Part shown: positions 1 through 7,730 of the stretch, in pieces
Numbering within the stretch: the first letter of the stretch is position 1
How the letters are laid out: each line of letters begins with the position of its first letter
IMG/VR virus record: IMGVR_UViG_3300045988_016800
Span: 1 to 40,420 of that record
Source of the DNA: a virus
Length of the DNA: 40,420 nucleotides
Direction: 5' to 3' (one strand)
Made by a program: the position numbers and the translations under genes
The notes under the pieces: generated by a model
Told to the model about the DNA's origin: nothing
What the model saw: the letters and a program-made list of their open reading frames with translations, nothing else
The model's database searches: none

Positions 1-55
1 CGTCATTTATCTGGTAATACTTAGATATTATCATCAAAACATAGCGGCTGCAACG
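1..55. repeat. Terminal direct repeat, copy 1 (identical to 40366-40420)
   Basis: Read directly: cgtcatttatctggtaatacttagatattatcatcaaaacatagcggctgcaacg occurs at both ends. Confidence 0.97.
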
Positions 56-182
56 TGAATACTGCATAAAAATAGACGTCGGAATTTGGAACTTTGGAGA
101 CAGGAACCTATGATGAATGAAAAGGAAAACGCTACACTGAAAGAACTGATTGAAACTCTGGCACGATTTACGCCTGAACAGC

Positions 183-638
183 TCAGCCTTTTTCTATCTG
201 CTTCGCAACAGCTAATAGAGCAGACGCTAATTCAGGATGATCCTTGCATATCCGAATGATTTGCTGGATATCCTCCGGCAGATCACTTATAAGCGCTTCG
301 CTATCGGCGGGGCGCTCTTTTTTTGCGCTCTTTTCCCGCTCCTGCTCGAACAGGTCGCGGACAAGCTCGATGTCGGCCCTTCGTTTTTCTGTGCCTTCTT
401 CTGTGGGACTTTCAAGCTGAAGAATATCTTCTGGGGCAACTTGAAGCATGACGCATATCCGAGCAGCTTCCTCAGGGGAGGGCATACTGCGCCCGCGCGC
501 AAGCTCACTTACCCAACGGTCATGCTTGCCAAACCTTCTGGAAAAAGCGGCCTTACTAATGTCTGCATTGTCGCAGTATTCAGTAATTAAACGCACACAA
601 TTCTCATTCACAAAAACATTGCTTGGTTTTTTTGGCAT
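183..638 (-). CDS. XRE-family helix-turn-helix DNA-binding protein (lysogeny-module regulator)
   Basis: 151-aa ORF. N-terminal HTH-like segment ISKAAFSRRFGKHDRWVSELARGRSMPSPEEAARICVML. SD agagga upstream of ATG 638. Lies 18 nt downstream of 657..1418 on the same strand. Confidence 0.75.
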   Translation of the reverse strand: MPKKPSNVFVNENCVRLITEYCDNADISKAAFSRRFGKHDRWVSELARGRSMPSPEEAARICVMLQVAPEDILQLESPTEEGTEKRRADIELVRDLFEQEREKSAKKERPADSEALISDLPEDIQQIIRICKDHPELASALLAVAKQIEKG

Positions 639-656
639 GGTTTTTATCCTCTTGAT

Positions 657-1418
657 CTATTCAGAATCTGCAAAATCCATATAGTCTGTAAGCAGCCATG
701 TACAATCGTATATCGGCTCAATTCGATGCGTGTTCTGGTTAATCATACGAATTGTTGAAATCATAAAAGTCCGACCAACGACTGCAAAATTAAACTCAGA
801 GAACTTGCCGTGCTTCCAACAATGAATAGTCGCTTTTGCAACCTCTCCGGTAATCGCATAATAGAGCTCGCCCGCATAATTTTCGCCGCCGTGATCTTTG
901 GGAGAATCCGCGATAGTGTTGAAATAAGCGACAAGTGGATATTGAGCTTTTTTCCCGGACTTAGTTTCTGGGGTATATAAAATATAACTCTGCGGTAGCG
1001 ATAAGGACGATGTGCCAGAGCGGTATTCAAAACAGATTGCATTGAAATCAATGAAGAAATCAACCGGTATTATTTGTTTAAGCATACCGTCCTCAAGATC
1101 TTTTACGGTCGCGAAAAAATGGTTGATTTCATCTATAGATGTACGCAGAACCGCTTTGTTGTTCCAGTTGTACCCTGTCCACGCTTTTGATTCTCCGATA
1201 TAAAAGCAGTCACATATCTGGTACGGAAGCGCGGCATAATACAGCATCTTTTCTGCAACAATTTTTGCCATCTGAATTTGCTGGCGCTTGCCAAGATTCT
1301 CTTTGACAATTCTTCCGGTCAAAAGTACGGCAATCTTTTCGGCCTGCGGGCGCTGATCGCTAAAAGTCGATTGCTGCGGGCGCTTTCCTTTTTGCAAAAA
1401 GCCATCAAACAATCCCAT
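657..1418 (-). CDS. Hypothetical protein, orphan (first gene of the leftward lysogeny operon)
   Basis: 253-aa ORF with SD gaggt upstream of ATG 1418. Low GC (24/60 in nt 661-720). No motif I recognise and no HExxH. Confidence 0.7.
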   Translation of the reverse strand: MGLFDGFLQKGKRPQQSTFSDQRPQAEKIAVLLTGRIVKENLGKRQQIQMAKIVAEKMLYYAALPYQICDCFYIGESKAWTGYNWNNKAVLRTSIDEINHFFATVKDLEDGMLKQIIPVDFFIDFNAICFEYRSGTSSLSLPQSYILYTPETKSGKKAQYPLVAYFNTIADSPKDHGGENYAGELYYAITGEVAKATIHCWKHGKFSEFNFAVVGRTFMISTIRMINQNTHRIEPIYDCTWLLTDYMDFADSE

Positions 1419-1503
1419 AGATCAACCTCATATAAAAAATGACCAAGACGAAAGAGGATGTTTTGTGAAAAATGTAAAATCCACAAAAACAGTGGAAGAT
1501 ATA

Positions 1504-1532
1504 TTGACAATCACAATAATGGTGGCTATAAT
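1504..1532 (+). promoter_or_regulatory. Consensus sigma-70/sigma-A type promoter for the rightward early operon
   Basis: TTGACA (1504-1509), 17-nt spacer, TATAAT (1527-1532). It sits in the divergent gap between 1418 (-) and 1697 (+). Confidence 0.7.
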
Positions 1533-1696
1533 ATGCTTACAGAGCTTAATCAAGGCAATAAAAAACCAAGCCCTCATCCAGATCTTCGTTTTGCGGGCGT
1601 ATGGACAATATTTTGTTGGCTGACACTTACATAATAACGGCTATACACGGTTTTGTCAAGTTAAAGCTCTTAATTTAAATAAGGAGGGTTGAACAC

Positions 1697-1906
1697 TTGA
1701 CATTAAAGGAGTTCCGGGCGCGCGCCGGGCTTCGGCAGGAAGATGTCGCAAAGAAAGTCGATGTCTCGATCATTGCCGTCTCGAACTGGGAACTCGGCAA
1801 AAACGGAATCGCCAGGAAGTACAAGAAAAAGCTCGCCCGTCTCTACGGCTGCACGCCGCAGGAGCTGGACGAGGCGATCGAGGAGAGCAGAAAGGAGAAC
1901 GCATGA
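1697..1906 (+). CDS. Cro-like XRE-family HTH regulator
   Basis: 69 aa. TTG start 9 nt after SD aaggaggg. HTH LRQEDVAKKVDVSIIAVSNWELGKN. First gene of the rightward operon. Confidence 0.8.
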   Translation: MTLKEFRARAGLRQEDVAKKVDVSIIAVSNWELGKNGIARKYKKKLARLYGCTPQELDEAIEESRKENA

Positions 1907-2193
1907 ACTACATCAACAATCACGCGACAATGCGCTGTTGTTCATTTGACAGCAGCGACATCATTTGCGTCGAGCCACAGCCAGTCTTTGTTGACACAGT
2001 AAGCGGTGAGGTCTGTGATTTCAACACCGTCAAGACGGGACATTGCTACAACTACGAAACGCACTGGGCGCTTTCCAAGAGCTACGTGGTCATCGCTTAC
2101 TACCCCACCGAAGCCACCGCACGAGCCGCGTATAACGACTTGATCGACAAGATCGCGGACACCAACAACGTGATCTCGGTTACGGAGGGATGA
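1903..2193 (+). CDS. Hypothetical protein
   Basis: 96-aa ORF. ATGA-type overlap with the upstream stop. SD aaggag. Confidence 0.65.
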   Translation: MNYINNHATMRCCSFDSSDIICVEPQPVFVDTVSGEVCDFNTVKTGHCYNYETHWALSKSYVVIAYYPTEATARAAYNDLIDKIADTNNVISVTEG

Positions 2194-2196
2194 CGG

Positions 2197-2397
2197 ATGT
2201 GTAAGTCATCTACGATCACCCCGCAGGAAGCCGTTGACCGGCTTCGGGAGGCGGGGATGAAAATTGGCCCGAAGACGCTTCGGGAAGGTATCCTGCAGCG
2301 CGTATTCCCTTTTGGCGACGCTGTAGAAATGGAGGATCCGGTCTTCTGGATCTACCCCCGTAAGCTGGAAGCGTGGATCGAAGAAAACCTGAGTTAG
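2197..2397 (+). CDS. Small DNA-binding protein, excisionase/MerR-like HTH (tentative)
   Basis: 66 aa. SD acggaggga. The pattern ITPQEAVDRLREAGMKIGPKTLREGILQ ... LEAWIEE resembles Xis-type winged HTH. Confidence 0.4.
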   Translation: MCKSSTITPQEAVDRLREAGMKIGPKTLREGILQRVFPFGDAVEMEDPVFWIYPRKLEAWIEENLS

Positions 2398-2408
2398 GAG
2401 AAAACCGT

Positions 2409-2636
2409 ATGAGAAACGCACTTGCGGTCGTAGAGACGACCGAGGAACGCAGACAGCGCATCAATGAGGAGCTGGAGCAGCAGCGGGCAATGGTACGGAT
2501 GGTCAAGCGGCTGTGCCTGTGGACCGGCGGGGCGGCGGCTGCGCTGGCCGTGCTGGCCTGCGGGGCGGAGATGGTCAACGAGGCCGTCGTGACCGGCGCG
2601 ATCGCGCTGGGGACAACGCTGTTCGGGCTGCTGTGA
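2409..2636 (+). CDS. Small membrane protein
   Basis: ATG 2409 lies 8 nt after SD aggag. C-terminal hydrophobic segment LCLWTGGAAAALAVLACG...AIALGTTLFGLL. Confidence 0.55.
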   Translation: MRNALAVVETTEERRQRINEELEQQRAMVRMVKRLCLWTGGAAAALAVLACGAEMVNEAVVTGAIALGTTLFGLL

Positions 2637-2815
2637 TGGACATCAAGGAAAAGGCGCTGCTGATGACGCCTTGCGAGGTCTGCGAGATGCTGGAATTCAA
2701 GCGCAGCAAATGCGTAGAAAACTCCTATAGGCACTGCGGCACTTATGCCGAGATCGTCTGTTCACAGTGGGACGAGACCTGCAGGCTCATCCGGGAGCGC
2801 ACGAAAAAGAAATGA
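2636..2815 (+). CDS. Hypothetical small Cys-containing protein
   Basis: 59 aa. The ATG overlaps the upstream TGA by 1 nt (tgatg). Contains CEVCEM...C...C...C. Confidence 0.5.
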   Translation: MDIKEKALLMTPCEVCEMLEFKRSKCVENSYRHCGTYAEIVCSQWDETCRLIRERTKKK

Positions 2816-2895
2816 CCCCTGCCGCGTTGCCGCGCGACAGAGGCCGAAATGAAAGGACATTATGTCGGCTTCTATTATAAGCCAGAAAGGAACCT

Positions 2896-3243
2896 ATGTC
2901 AAGTTTAACGGATTCCCGCGTCCGGCACGGCGCGAAAGCCTGTGTCGAGGCGGTTCGGGCCGACTACCCGAAGTTCAACAAATGCTTGCTTTCGCAGTGT
3001 GAAGCGCCGGAGAAATACGGCGTTCAGCTCGTGCCGGAGGCTGCGGCCTCCATCAAGGCGTTGGACGCGCCGAAGAACCGCGTTGAGCGGCGAAAGAAGA
3101 CGAACCGGTATTATTTCCGGCTGACGGACGAACAGGCGAAGATCCTCGACCGGCTGCTGAAAAAGAACGGCTACGCCACTGTTCAGAGCTTTTGTGAGGA
3201 GCTGATCCGGAGGGAGGCATTATGCAATGGCATTACCGCTTGA
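2896..3243 (+). CDS. Hypothetical protein, possible ribbon-helix-helix C-terminus
   Basis: 115 aa. SD gaaagga. C-terminal YYFRLTDEQAKILDRLLKKNGYATVQSFCEELIRRE resembles MobC/RHH-type modules. Confidence 0.5.
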   Translation: MSSLTDSRVRHGAKACVEAVRADYPKFNKCLLSQCEAPEKYGVQLVPEAAASIKALDAPKNRVERRKKTNRYYFRLTDEQAKILDRLLKKNGYATVQSFCEELIRREALCNGITA

Positions 3244-3454
3244 TAACCTCTACCTCGGCATTCAGGAGAAGGAACCGGCGGTCATCGGGACATGCGCGCA
3301 CTGCCAGGAGGAAGTCCGCGAGGGCGAGGAGGCTTTCGTCTGCGATACGGTCCTTGTACACGCGGAATGCATGCTGGAATACGTCTCCGATACCTACAGC
3401 GTAGACGAGATCGCGAACGCGCTGCTGTTTGAGAGGGTACGCCATGAAGGATGA
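3227..3454 (+). CDS. Hypothetical small protein with CxxC motif
   Basis: 75 aa. SD ggagggagg upstream. CAHCQEE...C...HAEC. Confidence 0.55.
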   Translation: MALPLDNLYLGIQEKEPAVIGTCAHCQEEVREGEEAFVCDTVLVHAECMLEYVSDTYSVDEIANALLFERVRHEG

Positions 3455-3689
3455 AGTTTATATCCCGTTTGAATGCCGGGTGTCGGTCTTCTTCCCGGCC
3501 GGGCATGTCGAATGCAATTTATGTCCGCTGCTGGAAACATACAGCCGCAGACAGTGCAGACGGACGGGGGAGTATCTGACGAGCGGGCAGCTCCGCGGGA
3601 TGTACTGCCCGTTGGAGATCCCGGGAGAACTGATCACAGACACGGCCACGGGAGCCGTGATCGAAAATAAGGAGGATAAGGATGGATAA
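3444..3689 (+). CDS. Hypothetical Cys-rich small protein
   Basis: ATG 3444 lies 7 nt after gagagg. 81 aa with 6 Cys. Overlaps neighbours on both sides. Confidence 0.55.
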   Translation: MKDEVYIPFECRVSVFFPAGHVECNLCPLLETYSRRQCRRTGEYLTSGQLRGMYCPLEIPGELITDTATGAVIENKEDKDG

Positions 3690-4446
3690 CGCGAAAGGTT
3701 ACAAGGCGTTTAAGCCCGGTATGATCTGCAAGGATAAGCAGTACGCCGAGAACACCGACTACGAAGAAGTGGGCGGAACGATCTGTGAGAAAGGCATGAT
3801 GCACTACTGCGTCAATCCTTTTGATGTTCTGAACTTTTACAATCTTGTTGACGAGAGCGGGAAGTTTTCGGATTTTGCAGAGGTCAAGGCACTTGACCAG
3901 CCGATATCCGGCTCTGATGGAAAATTTGCGACGAAAAAGCTGCATATCGGCGCGAAGCTGAGTTTTGCTGGGTTTATCAAGGCCTGCATCGACTACACGA
4001 AGGAGCAGACAATCGTCAATATGCCGAAGAGTGATGTTACCACCGGCTACTCCGCCCAGATCGGCAGCTCGGGCTACTACGCCAAGATCGGCAGCTCGGG
4101 CAACTCCGCCCAGATCGGCAGCTCGGGCAACTACGCCCAGATCGGCAGCTCGGGCTACTACGCCAAGATCGGCAGCTCGGGCAACTACGCCCAGATCGGC
4201 AGCTCGGGCGACTCCGCCCAGATCGATAGTACCGGCGTCGACTCCGTGATCTGCTGCGCAGGTCGTGGCTGTACGGTAAAAGCAAAAATCGGGAGTTGGA
4301 TCACGCTTGCGGAGTGGGAATATTCCGAAGAAAAGGGGCGATACGTTCCGCGCTGCGTGAAGACGGAATACGTCGACGGCGAGAATATCAAGCCCGATAC
4401 GTGGTATCAGTTGAAGAACGGTGAGTTTGTGGAGGTAAACAGATGA
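3682..4446 (+). CDS. Nonapeptide-repeat protein (possibly the phage DUF7666-like family)
   Basis: 254 aa. SD aaggagg. N-terminal KGYKAFKPGMICKDKQY...CEKGMMHYC. Central 7 x 9-aa repeats G(Y/N/D)(Y/S)A(Q/K)I(G/D)S(S/T). The family name is from memory only. Confidence 0.6.
   Translation: MDNAKGYKAFKPGMICKDKQYAENTDYEEVGGTICEKGMMHYCVNPFDVLNFYNLVDESGKFSDFAEVKALDQPISGSDGKFATKKLHIGAKLSFAGFIKACIDYTKEQTIVNMPKSDVTTGYSAQIGSSGYYAKIGSSGNSAQIGSSGNYAQIGSSGYYAKIGSSGNYAQIGSSGDSAQIDSTGVDSVICCAGRGCTVKAKIGSWITLAEWEYSEEKGRYVPRCVKTEYVDGENIKPDTWYQLKNGEFVEVNR
4045..4233 (+). repeat. Seven in-frame tandem copies of a 27-bp unit inside CDS 3682..4446
   Basis: Unit ggc tac tcc gcc cag atc ggc agc tcg and close variants, read directly. 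Encodes GYSAQIGSS/GYYAKIGSS/GNSAQIGSS/GNYAQIGSS/GYYAKIGSS/GNYAQIGSS/GDSAQIDST. Confidence 0.95.
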
Positions 4447-5063
4447 AGCTTACGGAAAAGCTGATCGCCATTCAGGCGCAGCTGAAAGCGCCAAAGGACA
4501 AGACCAACAACTTCGGCGGCTACAAATATCGCTCCTGCGAGAGCATTTTAGAGGCTGTAAAGCCCCTGCTGCAGGCGCAGGGCTGCATCCTGACGATCTC
4601 GGACGAGATTGTAGAGAGTGGGAACCGGATCTATGTCAAGGCAAAGGCGACTCTGTCCGACGGCGAGGGCGAATATACCACGTTCGGTTTCGCCCGGGAA
4701 CCGGAGAGCAAGAAGGGCATGGACGAACCGCAGGTGACCGGTACGGCCAGCTCTTACGCCAGAAAGTACGCATTGAACGGCTTGTTCGCCATCGACGACA
4801 CGAAGGATGCCGATACAGATGAATATGCCAGAGAAATCGGGAGAGCGTCCGGGCGGAAACCGCCCGCTGCTGCGAAGTCCACCGAGGCTGCAAAGAAGCC
4901 GGAGATGCTCTTTAAGTGTTCCGCATGCGGGAAAGAGATCACCGGCGAGACGATCAACGGGCATGCTTACTCTGCAATGAGCATTGCGGAGCAGACAACA
5001 AAAAAGTTTGGACGCTGCTTCTGCTGGGGCTGCGCACAGAAACAGGGAAAGGGGAATACATAA
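4443..5063 (+). CDS. erf: ERF-family single-strand annealing recombinase with C-terminal zinc ribbon
   Basis: 206 aa. KDKTNNFGGYKYRSCESILEAVKPLL and TGTASSYARKYALNGLFAIDDTKDAD are typical ERF motifs. C-terminus has CSACGK...CWGC. Confidence 0.85.
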   Translation: MKLTEKLIAIQAQLKAPKDKTNNFGGYKYRSCESILEAVKPLLQAQGCILTISDEIVESGNRIYVKAKATLSDGEGEYTTFGFAREPESKKGMDEPQVTGTASSYARKYALNGLFAIDDTKDADTDEYAREIGRASGRKPPAAAKSTEAAKKPEMLFKCSACGKEITGETINGHAYSAMSIAEQTTKKFGRCFCWGCAQKQGKGNT

Positions 5064-5504
5064 ATGCTGAACGAAGTGATCTTGATGGGCCGCCTGACGC
5101 GCGACCCGGACGTCCGTATGACGCAGAACGGAACCACCGCTGCGAACTTTGCACTGGCCTGTGAGCGCGACTATGCACCGCAGGGGCAGAACCGGGAGAC
5201 TGATTTCTTCGATATTGTCGCGTTCAGAAATACCGCCGATTTCGTCGGCCAGTATTTTGCCAAAGGGCAGCTTGTGGCAGTCAAAGGCCGTCTGCAGCAG
5301 CGCGACTGGACAGACAAGCAGGGCAATAAACGCCGCACGACGGAGATCCTTGCAGATCGGTGCTATTTTGCCGAGAAGCGGCAGACGCCCGCAGCAGTAC
5401 AGTCTGCGGATTTCTCGCAGATTCCCAGCACAACGCCAGTTCCGTTTTCCGAACCGGATATGCCGCAGATGGAGCTCGGCGACGTAAACGAGCTGCCGTT
5501 CTGA
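5064..5504 (+). CDS. ssb: Single-stranded DNA-binding protein
   Basis: 146 aa. OB-fold N-terminus MLNEVILMGRLTRDPDVR...FFDIVAFRNTAD. Acidic tail ending DVNELPF. Confidence 0.95.
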   Translation: MLNEVILMGRLTRDPDVRMTQNGTTAANFALACERDYAPQGQNRETDFFDIVAFRNTADFVGQYFAKGQLVAVKGRLQQRDWTDKQGNKRRTTEILADRCYFAEKRQTPAAVQSADFSQIPSTTPVPFSEPDMPQMELGDVNELPF

Positions 5505-5514
5505 GGGCTGAAAT

Positions 5515-6426
5515 ATGCCGAACAGAATCATTCGGGAAAGCATCTGCACAAGCGATAGCGTCGACAAACTCTCGTGGTTTGAAGAAGTTCTGTTTTATCG
5601 GCTCATTGTAAACTGTGATGATTTCGGACGCTTTGACGGGAGAGCGGCGGTAGTGAAAAACCGCCTCTTCCCGCTGAAAGAAAACCTCACGCTCAAAACT
5701 GTAGAAAATGCTCTTCATGGGCTGGCGAGTGCTGGATTGATTGCTCTGTATGTGTTTGAGGGCAAGCGCTTCCTTTACCTACCAACATGGGGCAAGTATC
5801 AGACGCAGCGTGCGAAGGTAAGCAAATTCCCGTCGCCTGATGATGGGAAACAAGCGGATGAAATCATTTGCAAGCAAATGCGTGCAGATGTTCCCGTATT
5901 CGAGAATCGAGAATCGAGAATCGAATTCGCTATTCGAGATGCGGAAGATAGCGCGGAGCCGCAAGCGGCATCCACGCCGCCAGCAATCTCTCTGCCGCTG
6001 AATGATGGAACGGGATATTCCGTTTCCGTGGAGCAATGCCAGGAATGGGCGGGCTTGTACCCTGCTGTCGACGTGATACAGCAGCTGCGGAACATGAGGG
6101 GCTGGTTGGACGCAAATCCGGCCAAACGGAAAACAAAGCGCGGGATCAATGCGTTTATTGTCCGCTGGCTGGCAAAAGAACAGGACAAGGGCGGAACACA
6201 GCCTGCACAGTACAGCCGCGCTGCAAAGCCAGGCTACGGTGTGCAGGGGCACCATGACCCGCTGAATCCGCTGGAAGAGGCTGCTGTCAACCGGCTGTTC
6301 GAGAAACCGCCGAAGGGCGCGGAGAAAATGCGGCACGGCGTGCAGAACCACGGAGACGACCTGACGGCGTTCCAGATGGCAGCGGTCGAACGGATGCTTG
6401 CGGAAAACGAGGAGGATAAGACATGA
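5515..6426 (+). CDS. Putative replisome organiser / replication initiation protein
   Basis: 303 aa, immediately after erf-ssb. N-terminal IRESICTSDSVDKLSWFEEVLFYRLIVNCDDFGRFDG and C-terminal NMRGWLDANPAKRKTKRGINAFIVRWL resemble phage replication-organiser proteins. An internal repeat tract lies in the linker. Confidence 0.55.
   Translation: MPNRIIRESICTSDSVDKLSWFEEVLFYRLIVNCDDFGRFDGRAAVVKNRLFPLKENLTLKTVENALHGLASAGLIALYVFEGKRFLYLPTWGKYQTQRAKVSKFPSPDDGKQADEIICKQMRADVPVFENRESRIEFAIRDAEDSAEPQAASTPPAISLPLNDGTGYSVSVEQCQEWAGLYPAVDVIQQLRNMRGWLDANPAKRKTKRGINAFIVRWLAKEQDKGGTQPAQYSRAAKPGYGVQGHHDPLNPLEEAAVNRLFEKPPKGAEKMRHGVQNHGDDLTAFQMAAVERMLAENEEDKT
5897..5939. repeat. Iteron-like heptamer tandem repeats inside the replication gene (candidate ori)
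   Basis: attcgag aatcgag aatcgag aatcgaa ttcgcta ttcgaga, including the palindrome cgaattcg. Confidence 0.5.
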
Positions 6427-6692
6427 AAATGCTTGGAAAACTGGCGAGATCATTGGCAACGCGCTATGTCTGCCAGAACTGCGAGAAGGAAAAAGAACGA
6501 AGGGCCGTGGCGCATAATGCCACGAAATGTCTGGAACGCAACAGCCTTTTGGCCGAAAGCAATCAGGCCGCGTCCATCGAGATCCACCGCCTCGAAAAAG
6601 CGCTGGCGAAAGCAGAGCTGGAACGCGATGTTGCACGGGAAATGCTGCTCGAGAGAAGCACGCCGGACACTCGGCCGGGGGCGCTGAGATGA
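6423..6692 (+). CDS. Hypothetical protein, coiled-coil-like
   Basis: 89 aa. SD gaggagga. ATGA overlap with the upstream stop. Confidence 0.6.
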   Translation: MKMLGKLARSLATRYVCQNCEKEKERRAVAHNATKCLERNSLLAESNQAASIEIHRLEKALAKAELERDVAREMLLERSTPDTRPGALR

Positions 6693-6880
6693 GGTTTGTG
6701 TGTGACGCCTGCCAGGATATCACGAACATCGAGGCCGACAGGATGGAGATCCAGGGCGAGAAGCTGATGGTGTACAGCCGCGGGCGGCTGGTCTACGTGG
6801 CGGATCTGGGGCAGATCATGCTGGCCAAGCTTACGCCGGGGAGGGAGGACGGCAATGGACTTAGAGCAAACCGCGATTGA
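6689..6880 (+). CDS. Hypothetical small protein
   Basis: ATG 6689 overlaps the TGA of the previous gene (atga). 63 aa: MRFVCDACQDITNIEADR... Confidence 0.5.
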   Translation: MRFVCDACQDITNIEADRMEIQGEKLMVYSRGRLVYVADLGQIMLAKLTPGREDGNGLRANRD

Positions 6881-7730
6881 GCGGCTGCGGTTTGCAGCTG
6901 AAATGTCCCTGCGGGCATACAAGCAGCCGCTTGTGATTACCTACTCGGGCGGCAAGGACTCGGACGTGCTTTTGCATCTGGCGGGCAAAGCCGGTATCCA
7001 GTATGAGGTTTTGCACTCGCTGACCACGGCGGACGCGCCGGAGACCGTCTGGCACGTCCGAGATACCTTCCGCCGCCTGGAGCTGGCTGGCGTAAAATGC
7101 GACATCGATACGCACCGGACGCCGGACGGCGGGAACGTGACGATGTGGAACCTGATCCCGCGCAAGCTGATGCCGCCGACACGGCTGGTGCGCTACTGCT
7201 GCGCGGCGCTCAAAGAGACCAGCGGACGTGGCAGGTGGATCGCGACCGGCGTCCGCTGGGCCGAATCGCAAAAGCGCAAGTCCAGAGGCGTCATGGAGGC
7301 CCTGCACAGGGATAAATCCAAGCGGCTGACACTGATGAACGACAATGACGAAAGCCGGATGCTGATAGAAAATTGCCAGCTCAAGGGGACCCGAACGGTC
7401 AATCCGATTATCGATTGGCCGACCGAAGCCATCTGGGATTACTGCGCAGCAGAAAAGATCTGTATAAATCCGCTTTACGCCTGCGGCGAAGATCGCGTGG
7501 GCTGCATCAATTGCCCGATGGCGGGCAAGCACCGGAAGGTGCAGCTCGCGCGCTACCCCGGATACCGGGATGCCTACACCCGGGCTTATGGCCGGATGAT
7601 CGAGGAGCGCCGCAGCCGCGGCCTGCCGTGCGATTGGCAGACCGGCGAAGACGTCCTGCACTGGAGTCTGGAGGACGGCGTGCTGCCGGGACAAATGGTT
7701 CTTGAAGGAATGGAGGAGGACACGCTATGA
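6855..7730 (+). CDS. PAPS-reductase / DndC-like PP-loop ATP-pyrophosphatase family protein with Fe-S-type Cys ligands
   Basis: 291 aa. PP-loop ITYSGGKDSDV. Cys pair RYCCAAL plus CGEDRVGCINCP (the CC...CxxC arrangement known from APS/PAPS reductases). Confidence 0.8.
   Translation: MDLEQTAIERLRFAAEMSLRAYKQPLVITYSGGKDSDVLLHLAGKAGIQYEVLHSLTTADAPETVWHVRDTFRRLELAGVKCDIDTHRTPDGGNVTMWNLIPRKLMPPTRLVRYCCAALKETSGRGRWIATGVRWAESQKRKSRGVMEALHRDKSKRLTLMNDNDESRMLIENCQLKGTRTVNPIIDWPTEAIWDYCAAEKICINPLYACGEDRVGCINCPMAGKHRKVQLARYPGYRDAYTRAYGRMIEERRSRGLPCDWQTGEDVLHWSLEDGVLPGQMVLEGMEEDTL

Noticed and set aside
110-259. 49-codon plus-strand ORF (MMNEKENATLKELIETLARFTPEQLSLFLSASQQLIEQTLIQDDPCISE) with a ggaga SD.
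   Set aside because: It overlaps the last 77 nt of the convergent 183..638 HTH gene, which is better supported. It is short, and the helical-looking translation may simply mirror the antisense of an amphipathic helix. Cannot be excluded without expression data.
1654-1682. Second promoter (ttgtca-17-taaata) just upstream of the Cro-like gene.
   Set aside because: A transcript starting there would begin inside or after the SD. The consensus promoter at 1504 is far stronger.
3222-3404. Alternative ORF starting at ATG 3222 (MQWHYRL...).
   Set aside because: The Arg/Ser-rich translation is typical of an off-frame read. The overlapping frame from ATG 3227 gives a balanced protein with CxxC motifs.
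4045-4233. CRISPR-like regular repeat array.
   Set aside because: The 27-bp units are directly adjacent with no spacers, and they are in-frame within a coding sequence.
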